The notes beneath the pieces were generated by a model, which was given only the letters and a program-made list of their open reading frames with translations, had not been told where the DNA came from and did no database searches. Below are positions 29,380-39,860 of a stretch of DNA of 64,000 nucleotides, piece after piece; the stretch's first letter is position 1; every line of letters starts with the position of its first letter. Source of the stretch: an uncultured bacterium. Lineage in GTDB: Bacteria; Bacillota_I; Bacilli_A; RFN20; CAG-826. The DNA is taken from positions 8,365 to 72,364 of the forward strand of contig CASGAB010000001.1 of the NCBI GenBank assembly GCA_949299395.1, given 5' to 3'. The position numbers were made by a program, and so were the translations under genes.

Positions 29380-30065
29380 TAATATTCTCTCTTTTTAAAG
29401 ATATAAAGTGATAAAAAATAACAAAGTAAATATAATCCTACACCACAAATTAAAAATCCAATTAGTGAGAATAGCCAAATTTGGGACATCATCATAGGAT
29501 CAACAAGAGGAACAGCTATAAATAAAAGAGGTAATGCTGAAGTAAAAATAGAAATAATACTTCCTATAACTACACCCTTATTTGATCCAACAACTATACA
29601 AATCAATAATGAAGTTGAACCAGAAATTAGGCAACTTGAAAAGAAAGTAAGGATTAATCCAACATAAATATTTAAATCAAAGTCCGCATCAACAATAAAT
29701 AAGGATATAAAAAACGGAATACAAAGAATTAATACCATAAAGAAATGTAAAATAACTTTTGATAATAAAATCTTTGGTTTTTTAACTCCAACCGAAAGAA
29801 TAAATGGAGTCCAATGAGCTTTCTCATCAAAACCAAATGAAGAAACAAGCATATTTCCTGGATAAAATCCGGAAATAAATATAACAGGAAGAAGAGTTAA
29901 AATGCCGGTTTTTTGAATTTCTTCAATTGTCGGAATTTCATCTTCTCCAAAAGAACCCTTAATATCGGTTCCTAAACCAATAAAGGCAATAAAAATAACG
30001 ATAAGAATGTAAAAAATAAATACCATTCTTATGTTATAAAACTCTTTTAAAAGGAGTCCTTTCAT
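29379..30065 (-). CDS. ABC-2 type exporter permease
   Basis: MKGLLLKEF start, DEKAHW...ILLSK motif, about 6 TM helices; overlaps the ATPase stop. Confidence 0.8.
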   Translation of the reverse strand: MKGLLLKEFYNIRMVFIFYILIVIFIAFIGLGTDIKGSFGEDEIPTIEEIQKTGILTLLPVIFISGFYPGNMLVSSFGFDEKAHWTPFILSVGVKKPKILLSKVILHFFMVLILCIPFFISLFIVDADFDLNIYVGLILTFFSSCLISGSTSLLICIVVGSNKGVVIGSIISIFTSALPLLFIAVPLVDPMMMSQIWLFSLIGFLICGVGLYLLCYFLSLYIFKKREY

Positions 30066-30904
30066 ACATTTCTCCCCCTAACAATTAAAATCATAATTTC
30101 AGATAAACCAGCTTTTCTTTTTCCTTCAAGATCATATTTATCACTTAAAGCAATAAATTCAACGCTATCTTCACTTAAATTTTTATATTTAATAACGTGT
30201 TCTTTATCAAGATTTTCAAATTCGTCACGACTAATTTTGAAATAATCATACATATTAATAAGATCTTTTTTATTGCTATTAATAATGATTTCTCCTTCAT
30301 GAATAAATACGATTTGATTACAAATTCTTTCTAAATCTTCAACAATATGAGAAGAAATTAAAACACTTCCTCCGTTATAAGCAAATTCTTGTAAGATATC
30401 TAAGATTTCATCTCTAGCAATTGGATCTAAACCATTAGTTGGTTCATCTAAAATAAATAATTTTGCTTTATGAGAAAAAGCGATTGCTAAATTAAGTTTA
30501 ACTTTCATACCTTTAGAAAGTTGACTACACTTTTTGCTCTTATCAAGTCCAAAATTATTTAAATATTTAAAGAAAGTATCTTTTTCCCGATTTTTAAAGA
30601 TATTTCTTAAGATTTTTTCAAGTTGGAAAAGTTTAATATTTTCTGGGAAATTTAATTCATCAAGAATAAAAGAAATATTTTCTCTTTCCGATGAAGTTAA
30701 TTCATCGATTGGCTTACCAAAAATTTTTGCCTCTCCGCCATTAGGAATGGTAATTCCAGCCAAAATCTTCATAGTTGTAGATTTACCAGCACCATTTTCA
30801 CCGATAAAACCACAAATTTGACCTTCTTCGATAGAGAAAGAAACTTCATTTAAAGTGAAAGTTTTATATTTTTTTAAGACTTTATTAAGATCTATTACCC
30901 TCAT
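30062..30904 (-). CDS. ABC-2 exporter ATP-binding protein
   Basis: GENGAGKST, LSKGMKVKL, ILDEPTNGLDP, SSH. Confidence 0.92.
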   Translation of the reverse strand: MRVIDLNKVLKKYKTFTLNEVSFSIEEGQICGFIGENGAGKSTTMKILAGITIPNGGEAKIFGKPIDELTSSERENISFILDELNFPENIKLFQLEKILRNIFKNREKDTFFKYLNNFGLDKSKKCSQLSKGMKVKLNLAIAFSHKAKLFILDEPTNGLDPIARDEILDILQEFAYNGGSVLISSHIVEDLERICNQIVFIHEGEIIINSNKKDLINMYDYFKISRDEFENLDKEHVIKYKNLSEDSVEFIALSDKYDLEGKRKAGLSEIMILIVRGRNV

Positions 30905-30915
30905 TTCTTTCTCCT

Positions 30916-31485
30916 TTATTCCATATAATTTGAAGAACCTAAGTAAGTTAATACCTCTAAAACAATATTTTTAAGTATTTTATCGTTTTCTTCTTCGTTA
31001 TTAACTTCTAAACGGTGATTTCCGTTTTGAATTACATTTAAATTAACATAACGATATTTAAGTAAGTTTCTTGCTTCTTCAGATAAATATTTATCGTTAG
31101 TTCCATAAACGATATAGTCTGTTTGATCAAAACTTTTTATTGCTTCATCAAGTGGAGTTAACCAAACATATTTAAATTTTCTTATATTTTTTTCATCTTT
31201 TTTAACTACTTCTTCTTTATAACGAGCTGTTAATACAGTTCCGATACTTTTTGATATAAGAATTATTTCGCTATATTCATCAAAGTTTATATCTTTTAAA
31301 CTATCTATAACAAATAAATAAGCGTTTTCTTTATCAAAACTATCGTTTTCAGAATTGTAAAATTTAGAATAATCTAAATAGATAGTTTCACCATTAATAT
31401 TTTCATTTAAAGATTTAAGTAATGGTTTAGTAATATCATACTTAATTCCTGGAAAAATTATTTTAAGCGTTTTGAGTAGATTCAT
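30916..31485 (-). CDS. Small alpha/beta hydrolase-fold protein
   Basis: SKSIGT elbow, GTND and GNHRLE resemble a Ser-Asp-His triad. Confidence 0.6.
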   Translation of the reverse strand: MNLLKTLKIIFPGIKYDITKPLLKSLNENINGETIYLDYSKFYNSENDSFDKENAYLFVIDSLKDINFDEYSEIILISKSIGTVLTARYKEEVVKKDEKNIRKFKYVWLTPLDEAIKSFDQTDYIVYGTNDKYLSEEARNLLKYRYVNLNVIQNGNHRLEVNNEEENDKILKNIVLEVLTYLGSSNYME

Positions 31486-31975
31486 ATTTATTTAACTCTT
31501 TGATTTTTGAAGTAATCTCATCAACTACCTCATTATTATATATTTGAACTGTATTTTTTAATATTCTTTTCATTATTTTAATTGTAAAAATTTCTTCATA
31601 TTCTTTCACTTTTTTAAATCTATCAAAGATTGGATATGAATAAAGCTCTAGATTGTTAAATTTACTAAGATTAATTCTTAAAAACTCCTCAAGTTTTGCG
31701 AGCTTTTTATAAGGATTTTCGATTTCAATAACACCTTTATATCGGTCATCGATTTTAATGAATTCATCTTCTTTTTTTACATAAGAAATAAGTTCGCCTT
31801 CATTAGGAATAATATCAAAAAGATAAATTCCGCTAGAAGCAATAATTATCGTAAAATCGTACTCATCTTCGTTATTTATTTTAAAGTTATAAATTAAATT
31901 TTCCTTTTCAAAAAGACATTCATATAACTTATTAGCGACTTTTTCTTTGTATGGTTTGTTGAAAAATAAACCCAT
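31463..31975 (-). CDS. Degenerate NERD-like protein
   Basis: EYDFTIIIASSGIYLFD...ENPYK resembles NERD. Start at ATG 31975 is coupled to the nudF stop. Confidence 0.5.
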   Translation of the reverse strand: MGLFFNKPYKEKVANKLYECLFEKENLIYNFKINNEDEYDFTIIIASSGIYLFDIIPNEGELISYVKKEDEFIKIDDRYKGVIEIENPYKKLAKLEEFLRINLSKFNNLELYSYPIFDRFKKVKEYEEIFTIKIMKRILKNTVQIYNNEVVDEITSKIKELNKYESTQNA

Positions 31976-32520
31976 TAAATACTTCCTTCTTCTTTTTTTA
32001 ATAAATATAAACAAAATGCATGAACAGTTTTAGCATCTCTAATCTCGCCATTAGCAATCATTTTCTTAATTTCATCTTCTGTTTTATACAAAACTTCAAC
32101 AAATTCATTTTCATCAAGATTTGTTTCTTTTAAAGCAAGATCTTCACAGTAATATAAATAAATTACTTCATTTGTATAAGCGACACTTGGATAAGTTGCT
32201 CCTAAAAATATACATTTATTTGCAACATAGCCAGTTTCTTCTTTGAGTTCTCTTAAAGCAGTAATTTTTGTATCTTCATTTGGATCGGTTTTTCCTGCAG
32301 GAAATTCATATATTGTATTGTCGTAAGGATATCTAAATTGTCTTTCTAAAATAAATTTTCCATCATTAGTTTTAGCAAGAACACATGCAGCTGGACCTTT
32401 ATTAATATATTCACGATATGACTCGTGATTATTAGGACATAAGACCTTATCCTTATGAACTTCTAATAAATGTCCATTAAAAACTATTTCACCATTAAGT
32501 TTCTTCTCTTTTAAATCCAT
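31975..32520 (-). CDS. nudF: ADP-ribose pyrophosphatase (Nudix)
   Basis: QFRYP and Nudix box EFPAGKTDPNEDTKITALRELKEETGY, DENEF, IRDAKT. Start at 32520 after GAGG. Confidence 0.85.
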   Translation of the reverse strand: MDLKEKKLNGEIVFNGHLLEVHKDKVLCPNNHESYREYINKGPAACVLAKTNDGKFILERQFRYPYDNTIYEFPAGKTDPNEDTKITALRELKEETGYVANKCIFLGATYPSVAYTNEVIYLYYCEDLALKETNLDENEFVEVLYKTEDEIKKMIANGEIRDAKTVHAFCLYLLKKEEGSI

Positions 32521-32782
32521 ATGAAATATACCTCGCACAAAAAAATTATATATTGTTTTGACACATAAACCTATCAAATTGAACATTTTTTAACTTTTTT
32601 TCAGAAAAAGTGTAATTTTTTTCGTTTCGCAACATTCTTGTTTATATACAAGGCGTGTGGGTGGGAATTAATTAACCCTCTATATATACAAGTAAAAGTA
32701 TTTATAACAAATAGAGCAAAACTATTTATTTTTAAACCTTGTTAAATTAATATAAATACGAATTTATTTTGAGGAAAAAATT

Positions 32783-33691
32783 ATGGAAAGATTTGACACA
32801 ATCATTATTGGTGCCGGTCCAGCTGGCGTAACTGCTTCAATTTATGCTCATAGAAGCGGATTAAATTATTTACTCTTAGAAAAAGGCGCAATCGGCGGAA
32901 AGGTTGTTACCGCTTTTGAAATAGAAAATTATCCTGGTATTACTAAAATTGGGGGAAGCGAATTAGCTTTAGATTTTAGAAAACAGATTAAAGATTTAGG
33001 AATCAATTTTAAACGTGAGGAAGTTTTAAGTGTTGAAAAATTCGATGATCATCTCTTTTTTGTAACAACTAATAAAGATAAATATCAATGTGAATCAATA
33101 GTTATTGCTACAGGAACAAAAGAAAACGAACTCAATTTACCAAAAGAAGCTGAATTTAGAGGAAGAGGCGTTTCTTTCTGTGCTACTTGCGATGGCGCTT
33201 TCTTTAAAGATAAAGATGTCGTTGTTTATGGCGGAGGAGATAGCGCAATGACTGAAGCTGCTTTTTTAGCTCCAATTGTTCATTCAATTACTATGGTTTC
33301 TCGTCACGAATTAAGAGGAGAAAGAAATAACATTGAAAAATTAAAAGCATTTAATAATGTTAAATATTTACCAAACACCGTTATTACTTCTTTACTTGGT
33401 AGTGAATACTTTGAAGGTGTTGAAGTTTTAAGCGAAGGAAGTAAAACTTCTACTATTAAATGCGATGGCGTGTTTGTTTATATTGGTTCAAAACCTGAAT
33501 TAAAATTCTTAAATCATTTAGATATTTTAAACGCTAAAGGTTATATTGAAGTTGATAATGAATTTAGAACTCGTGTTAAAGGGGTTTATGCAGTAGGTGA
33601 TGTTATTGAAAAAGAACTAAGACAAATCGTTACAGCAACAAATGATGGAGCAATTGTTATTCATACACTCCATAAAGATTTAAATAAATAA
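32783..33691 (+). CDS. trxB: Thioredoxin reductase
   Basis: GAGPAG, IENYPG, GVSFCATCDG, GGGDSA, AVGDV...RQIVTA. Confidence 0.95.
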   Translation: MERFDTIIIGAGPAGVTASIYAHRSGLNYLLLEKGAIGGKVVTAFEIENYPGITKIGGSELALDFRKQIKDLGINFKREEVLSVEKFDDHLFFVTTNKDKYQCESIVIATGTKENELNLPKEAEFRGRGVSFCATCDGAFFKDKDVVVYGGGDSAMTEAAFLAPIVHSITMVSRHELRGERNNIEKLKAFNNVKYLPNTVITSLLGSEYFEGVEVLSEGSKTSTIKCDGVFVYIGSKPELKFLNHLDILNAKGYIEVDNEFRTRVKGVYAVGDVIEKELRQIVTATNDGAIVIHTLHKDLNK

Positions 33692-33698
33692 TTTAAAA

Positions 33699-33719
33699 AG
33701 CCTTCCGTCGCGGAAGGCT
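33699..33719. terminator. Bidirectional terminator trxB/lysS
   Basis: AGCCTTCCG-TCG-CGGAAGGCT flanked by A and T runs. Confidence 0.8.
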
Positions 33720-33725
33720 ATTTTT

Positions 33726-35210
33726 TTACTTTTGATCTTTCATTGTTGGGAAGAGGATAACTTCTCTAATTGATGGTTGGTTAAGTAATAACATAACAAG
33801 TCTATCAATACCAATTCCAATACCACCTGTTGGAGGTAGTCCATAATCCATTGCTTCTAAGAAATCATAATCCATTTCATTAGCTTCATCATCACCTAAC
33901 TCTTTAGCTTTAAGTTGAGCAACAAATCTTTCTTTTTGATCCATTGGATCATTAAGTTCGCTATATGCATTAGCAATTTCCCATCCGTTAATATAAAGTT
34001 CAAATCTTTCTGTAAAACGTGGATCTGGGCTCTTTTTAGTTAATGGTGAAGTTTCAATTGGGTGATGATAAACGAATGTTGGCTGAATAAGTTCATCTTC
34101 ACATAATACATCAAATAATGCATTTAAATAATATCCCGTTGAAGTCCAGTGATTTTCTGATTTAATACCATGCTTATCGCATAAAGCCTTTGCTTCTTCT
34201 AATGAAATATCATCTTTAAAATCAACACCAGTTTTTTCTTTGACAAGTTCAGACATTTCAACCCATCTAAATTCAGGTCTAAAATCGATTTCTTTACCTT
34301 GATAATTTAAAACGTCTGTTTTGATAACGTTTTTTAAAACGTGTCTAATAACATTTTCACATAAATATCTAACTGTTGATAAATCACCATACGCTTCATA
34401 AAGCTCGACAGTAGTGAATTCAGGATTATGTCGAGTATCCATACCTTCGTTTCTAAATAATCTACCAAATTCATAAACTTTTTCTAAACCACCAACAATT
34501 AATTTCTTTAATGGTAATTCAGTAGCGATTCTTAAATAGAAATCTTTATCTAAAGTGTTATGGTGAGTAATAAATGGTCTAGCATTTGCTCCGCCTAATA
34601 TTGGAGATAAAACACTAGTTTCAACTTCAACGAATCCTAATGAATCAAAATAATTTTGCATACATCTGACGATTTTTGGTCTTAATAATGCAACTTGTTT
34701 TGCTTCATCATTCATGATTAAGTCAACATATCTATGTCTATATCTTTCTTCGACATCGGTTAAGCCATGGAATTTTTCTGGTAATGGTCTTAATGATTTT
34801 GTTAAGAATGTAAAATCAGTAACTTTTAAAGTTAATTCGCCGGTTCTTGTTCTCATTAAATGACCACCTAAACCAACGATATCGCCGACATCACAAAGCT
34901 TAAAAATAGCATAATTATCAGCATTAACAGTTTCAACTGAGATATACGCTTGCATTCTACCTTCTTTATCTTGGATAGTAACAAAAGATGCTTTACCCAT
35001 CTTTCTTAAAAGCATAATTCTACCTGCAATTTTAACTTCAATAGGATTTGCTTCTAATTCTTCTTCGCTTTTTTCACCAGCTTTTTCTCTACATGTAGCT
35101 GTTGAATCAGTTCTATCGTATTTTTGACCCCAAGGGTTAACTCCAAGTTCAATTAATTTTTGTAACTTTTCTCTTCTTGCTAATTCTTGATCTGTTAACT
35201 TGTTTTCCAT
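33726..35210 (-). CDS. lysS: Lysyl-tRNA synthetase, class II
   Basis: RPLPEKFHGL, YLRIATEL, FRNEG...HNPEFT, YGLPPTGGIGIGIDRL. Start at 35210. Confidence 0.97.
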   Translation of the reverse strand: MENKLTDQELARREKLQKLIELGVNPWGQKYDRTDSTATCREKAGEKSEEELEANPIEVKIAGRIMLLRKMGKASFVTIQDKEGRMQAYISVETVNADNYAIFKLCDVGDIVGLGGHLMRTRTGELTLKVTDFTFLTKSLRPLPEKFHGLTDVEERYRHRYVDLIMNDEAKQVALLRPKIVRCMQNYFDSLGFVEVETSVLSPILGGANARPFITHHNTLDKDFYLRIATELPLKKLIVGGLEKVYEFGRLFRNEGMDTRHNPEFTTVELYEAYGDLSTVRYLCENVIRHVLKNVIKTDVLNYQGKEIDFRPEFRWVEMSELVKEKTGVDFKDDISLEEAKALCDKHGIKSENHWTSTGYYLNALFDVLCEDELIQPTFVYHHPIETSPLTKKSPDPRFTERFELYINGWEIANAYSELNDPMDQKERFVAQLKAKELGDDEANEMDYDFLEAMDYGLPPTGGIGIGIDRLVMLLLNQPSIREVILFPTMKDQK

Positions 35211-35308
35211 AAAAACACCTTTCCTTCTCTTAATCTTTACTATTTTAATAAATATATCGTTCAATTTACAACAATATTTATAAATAAATATTGATAAATA
35301 TCGTAATT

Positions 35309-36295
35309 TTATAATACTTCGTTATTCTTTAAATAGTTGTCAACGATATTAAATAATGAATCGATTGTAGTGATTGTTGTGGCAATTTCGTTTTTTAATT
35401 TCTTAGTATTTGAAAACATATTGAAGAATTTTGGAGCAATACCTCTTAAAATTGAGACCGCTCTTTTTTCACCAAATTCATCGACTAATAAATCACAAAA
35501 TTCTTTTAAAAAATTAATTTGCCCTTCAATAGTTGGCTCTTCAATTTTATCCATTTCACCATTTAAATAATGGTTAATATTTTTAATTAATAACGGATTT
35601 CCAATTCCGCCTCTAGCAACTGCAACAGCATCTGCTTTTGAGATTTCTAAAGCTTTAATTGCATCATTAAGTGTAAAAATATTTCCGCTTACTGCATAAG
35701 GAATTTTTATATAGTTTTTTAAATCTTTTAAAGCTTCATAATGAGCTTCGCCAATATAAAGTTCTTTTTTAGTTCGACAATGGATTGTTAAAAAAGAAAT
35801 TCCAGCTTCTTCAAGAACTTTAGCAATTTCTATAACATTGTTTTCGTCCCATCCTAATCGTATTTTTGCACTAACTGGTTTATGAGATTTTGCTACAACT
35901 TTTGTCATCACTTCTTTCATAGCAGGGATATCTTTTAACCAACTACTTCCACCATTTGATTTAGTAACTTTAGGAACTGGGCAAGCTAAATTGATATCTA
36001 AAATATCATAATCAATTCCACTATTTTCTAATATTTCTACACCTCTTAATAATGTTTCTTCTGATCCTCCAAAAAGTTGGATAGCAAGAGGTTTATCACT
36101 ACCATCAGTTTTTATCATTTCGAATGTTCTATTATTGTTATAAACAAGTCCGCAATCTGAAATCATTTCAGTATAGGTTAAAGAACATCCAAATTTATTT
36201 AAAAACTTTCTATAAGAAAAAGAAGTTATTCCAGCCATTGGGGCCAAAATAACTTTTCCTTTTAATTCGATATTTTTGATTTTTAAACTATTCAT
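35309..36295 (-). CDS. dusB: tRNA-dihydrouridine synthase
   Basis: LAPMAG, TEMIS, QLFG, DINLACPVPKV, KIRLGW. Confidence 0.92.
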   Translation of the reverse strand: MNSLKIKNIELKGKVILAPMAGITSFSYRKFLNKFGCSLTYTEMISDCGLVYNNNRTFEMIKTDGSDKPLAIQLFGGSEETLLRGVEILENSGIDYDILDINLACPVPKVTKSNGGSSWLKDIPAMKEVMTKVVAKSHKPVSAKIRLGWDENNVIEIAKVLEEAGISFLTIHCRTKKELYIGEAHYEALKDLKNYIKIPYAVSGNIFTLNDAIKALEISKADAVAVARGGIGNPLLIKNINHYLNGEMDKIEEPTIEGQINFLKEFCDLLVDEFGEKRAVSILRGIAPKFFNMFSNTKKLKNEIATTITTIDSLFNIVDNYLKNNEVL

Positions 36296-38324
36296 CAGTT
36301 TTTTTGTCTTCAATATTTTCTGTATTAACAGGTTCTTTTTCTTTTTTATTTTCAGTTTGAGTAACGGGGGTTTCTTCGGTTTTTACTTCTTCAGTTTTTG
36401 TTTCTGTTAAATGATCTTTATCTTCAGGTAATTCACGATGTTCTAAAAGATAATTAATTTGTTCTTCAGTAATTGTTTCGTTTTCGATTAATGTTTTAGC
36501 AATTAATTCCATATCATCTTTTCTTTCAGTGATAATTTTTCTTGCTAATTCATGAGCATCTTCAACAATTTTTCTAACTTCTTTATCAATTTCATTAGCA
36601 ACATCAGCAGAGAAGTTTTTAGTTGTATTAGTATAATCTCTTCCTAAGAAGACGTTACCGCTTGGTTTTTCATATTGAATAGGACCAAGTGAAGACATAC
36701 CGAATTCAACAACCATACTTCTAGCAATTAAAGTTGCTCTTTCAATATCGTTACTTGCACCAGTAGAAACATCATTAAAGAAAATTTCTTCTGCTGTTCT
36801 ACCACCTAATAAGCCGCAAATTTCAGCTTCAAGTTCATTTTTTGTTAATAAGAATCTATCTTCTTCCGGACCCATTAAGACGTGACCGCCTGTTCTTCCG
36901 CGAGGAATGATAGTAATTTTTCTAACCTTATCAGCGTGAGGAAGTGTTAAGCCAATAATTGCGTGACCACTTTCGTGATATGCAACTCTTAATCTTTCTT
37001 GTTCGCTTAATCCTTTTGAACTTCTTGCTGGACCAGCGATTCTTCTATCAATAGCTTCATCAATATCAGATAAAGTAATGTGTTCTTTTTTACCTCTGAT
37101 AGCTAAGATTGCTGCATCATTTAAGATAGAAGCAATATCAGCACCTGAGAATCCAACAGTTCTTTTTGCTAAGAAACCAAAATCAATTGATGGATCGAGT
37201 TTTTTATTTTTAGCATGGACTTTGAAGATAGCTTCTCTTCCTGCTCTATCAGGAAGTGAAACTGTAACTTGTCTATCAAATCTTCCTGCTCTTAATAAAG
37301 CTGGGTCTAAGACGTCGTCTCTATTAGTTGCAGCAATAACGATAATTCCGCTATTTTCTTCAAAACCGTCAAGTTCAACTAATAATTGGTTGAGGGTTTG
37401 TTCTCTTTCATCGTTCCCACCACCTAAACCAGCACCTCTTTGTCTACCAACAGCATCTATTTCGTCGATGAAGATAACACAAGGAGCGTTTTGTTTAGCA
37501 GTTTTAAATAAATCTCTAACTCTACCAGCACCGACACCAACGAACATTTCGACGAAATCAGAACCTGAAATAGAATAGAATGGAACTCCTGCTTCACCAG
37601 CACAAGCTTTAGCAAGCAAAGTTTTACCAGTTCCTGGAGGACCTACAAGTAAAATACCTTTTGGTAATTTAGCACCGTATTTTGTATATTTTTTAGGATC
37701 TTTTAAATAGTCAACAACTTCGACTAATTCAGCTTTTTCAGCATCACATCCTGCAACATCACTAAATCTAACTTTTGAATCATCTACCTTTCTAGCTCTA
37801 GATTTATTAAAATCCATTGCTTTTTGGTTTCCACCAGCTGAAGACATTAATAATCTAAAGAAGAAGATTGCGATTGCTACCATAACAACTGTTGTAATAA
37901 TTGTTGGTAACCATGAAATAAACCGGTTTTCAGTATAAATTGATCCATAAATACCAGGATGAACTCCACAATCAATAATTTGAGAAGATAATGCTTCTGC
38001 AAAAGTAACATTTGCTCCTTCATAATTATAAGGATAGTTATTGAAAGCATCCTTACTCATTTTGAATGTGTAATATTTTTGATTGTTATATGGATTATCT
38101 AATTGAATATAAACTTGGACTTCTTCTCCGCTTTCAACGGCTGCAGCATATTCAACTTTATAATTGTCTTCTTCATTTAAAACAAGGGTAATACCTTGAT
38201 CAGTTGAAAGACTTGTATATTGTTGATTATTAATTCCAACAAGGAAATAAATCATTAAGCCTAAAAAAGCGAAAAGAATTATATAGATTAAGATGTTAAA
38301 CCAATTAAATCTCTTTTTTTCCAT
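36288..38324 (-). CDS. ftsH: ATP-dependent zinc metalloprotease FtsH
   Basis: 2 TM helices, GPPGTGKT, FIDEIDAVGR, AYHESGH. Confidence 0.97.
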   Translation of the reverse strand: MEKKRFNWFNILIYIILFAFLGLMIYFLVGINNQQYTSLSTDQGITLVLNEEDNYKVEYAAAVESGEEVQVYIQLDNPYNNQKYYTFKMSKDAFNNYPYNYEGANVTFAEALSSQIIDCGVHPGIYGSIYTENRFISWLPTIITTVVMVAIAIFFFRLLMSSAGGNQKAMDFNKSRARKVDDSKVRFSDVAGCDAEKAELVEVVDYLKDPKKYTKYGAKLPKGILLVGPPGTGKTLLAKACAGEAGVPFYSISGSDFVEMFVGVGAGRVRDLFKTAKQNAPCVIFIDEIDAVGRQRGAGLGGGNDEREQTLNQLLVELDGFEENSGIIVIAATNRDDVLDPALLRAGRFDRQVTVSLPDRAGREAIFKVHAKNKKLDPSIDFGFLAKRTVGFSGADIASILNDAAILAIRGKKEHITLSDIDEAIDRRIAGPARSSKGLSEQERLRVAYHESGHAIIGLTLPHADKVRKITIIPRGRTGGHVLMGPEEDRFLLTKNELEAEICGLLGGRTAEEIFFNDVSTGASNDIERATLIARSMVVEFGMSSLGPIQYEKPSGNVFLGRDYTNTTKNFSADVANEIDKEVRKIVEDAHELARKIITERKDDMELIAKTLIENETITEEQINYLLEHRELPEDKDHLTETKTEEVKTEETPVTQTENKKEKEPVNTENIEDKKTDE

Positions 38325-38386
38325 TTTTTCTCCTTTAACACGCTTATTTATTTTAATATAAATAAGTGTTTTTTTATAGTAGATTG

Positions 38387-39619
38387 CTACTTAATTTTAA
38401 TCAAACTTTCGATGTCAAAAATTAAAAATGACTTGTTTGTATATTTTATCCTTTCCATATAGCGTGGTAGATATAATAATTCCCCTTTTTTATCATAAAC
38501 TCCAGGCCATATTTCTCGATATGAGGAAGGTAATTTCATATCGATAAATATCTTAGAAACGCGTTTTTTCTCGCCTTTATAGCTATAAAAATCGCTTCTA
38601 GATACCGGATGAATAATTATGGTATCACATTTTGAAAAAATTTCATTATATTTTGTATCTACTAAAAAGCGAAAATATTTGTTCCCTTTTTTAGTGAGTT
38701 CAAAGGAATATTTGTTGGTATAAATTTTTCCAATTTTTAAATATCTATATTCGATAAAAAGGTAATAATCTGTACCAACAATCTTTTCTTTAATATTCTT
38801 ATTTAAAAATAATTTAGAATATAAATCTTCAATTTTTTGTTTAGAAAAAGGTTTTAAGAATGGGAAATATGATAAATACAAATAAAATAGATTAGTAAAT
38901 TCATTAATATCGATACTTGTCGCTTTTTTTAAAGAAATTTTATTATCAATAATCATCTTTTTAAAGCGAGAATTTTCACTTCTTTTTTCTTTGTTTTTCT
39001 CTTTTATCTCATTTAAAATCTCTTTCATTTCAAAATCAGAAAGTCTAGAAACATATTCGTTTCTTAATTTGTTTCTTTTATATGAATTATCAAAATTTGA
39101 TTTATCAATATTAAAAGGAACGTTGTTTTTTAAACAATATATTTCCAATTCTTTTTTTCTAGTATCTAAAATGGGGCGAATATAACAAACGTCTTCTTTA
39201 TAAGATAATGTTTTTAAACCATAATAATTTACATAAGAATTTCTTTCTTTTTGAATTAAATAAGTTTCAATTAAATCATCTAAATTATGAGCAATTAAAA
39301 CTGCTTCATAATTATTATTATTATTTAATTCCTTAAAGAAGTCATAACGAATTTTTCTAGCCCAAGCTTCGATATTTTTATCTTCTTTTTTATAAAAAAC
39401 GCTCTTTTTATATAGTTTTATATTATTTTCTTTACAAAAACTTGTTAAATAGCGATCTTCATAGTTTGATTCTTTTCTTAAATGATAATTTACAAAAGCA
39501 ATATCAAAATCGAACTTATTTTTCATTAAATAATAAGCTAAAGCCATTGAGTCTGGCCCAAAAGAACACCCTAAAAGGTATTTTTTATTGCTCTTCAATA
39601 AATTCTTCTTTAATTTCAT
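38387..39619 (-). CDS. tilS: tRNA(Ile)-lysidine synthase
   Basis: PP-loop variant SFGPDS, AR..RY, AHNLDD..ET, RPIL, D.SN...Y.RN. Start uncertain. Confidence 0.9.
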   Translation of the reverse strand: MKLKKNLLKSNKKYLLGCSFGPDSMALAYYLMKNKFDFDIAFVNYHLRKESNYEDRYLTSFCKENNIKLYKKSVFYKKEDKNIEAWARKIRYDFFKELNNNNNYEAVLIAHNLDDLIETYLIQKERNSYVNYYGLKTLSYKEDVCYIRPILDTRKKELEIYCLKNNVPFNIDKSNFDNSYKRNKLRNEYVSRLSDFEMKEILNEIKEKNKEKRSENSRFKKMIIDNKISLKKATSIDINEFTNLFYLYLSYFPFLKPFSKQKIEDLYSKLFLNKNIKEKIVGTDYYLFIEYRYLKIGKIYTNKYSFELTKKGNKYFRFLVDTKYNEIFSKCDTIIIHPVSRSDFYSYKGEKKRVSKIFIDMKLPSSYREIWPGVYDKKGELLYLPRYMERIKYTNKSFLIFDIESLIKIK

Positions 39620-39860
39620 CTTTTAATATTTCATACATTTTAGAAGCGTCATCTTTTAATATATGATCTTTAATAAATAAAACTTTTACAACAAGATGAT
39701 GTCTTCCTAAAGTTAAATCGATAATGTCACCTTCTTTTACTTCACTTGAAGGTTTACAAGGACGATTGTTAAGTAAAAAAATATCGCGAGAAACAAGTTC
39801 TTTTGCAATAGTTCTTCTTTTAATTAATCTACTAACTTTCAAAAATTTATCTAATCTCAT
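39585..39860 (-). CDS. yabO: S4-domain RNA-binding protein (YabO/RqcP)
   Basis: MRLDKFLKVSRLIKRRTIAKE; located between mfd and tilS. Confidence 0.9.
   Translation of the reverse strand: MRLDKFLKVSRLIKRRTIAKELVSRDIFLLNNRPCKPSSEVKEGDIIDLTLGRHHLVVKVLFIKDHILKDDASKMYEILKDEIKEEFIEEQ

Noticed and set aside
32653-32680. Possible small RNA or riboswitch in the nudF-trxB intergenic region
   Set aside because: Only a weak hairpin and no recognisable family features.
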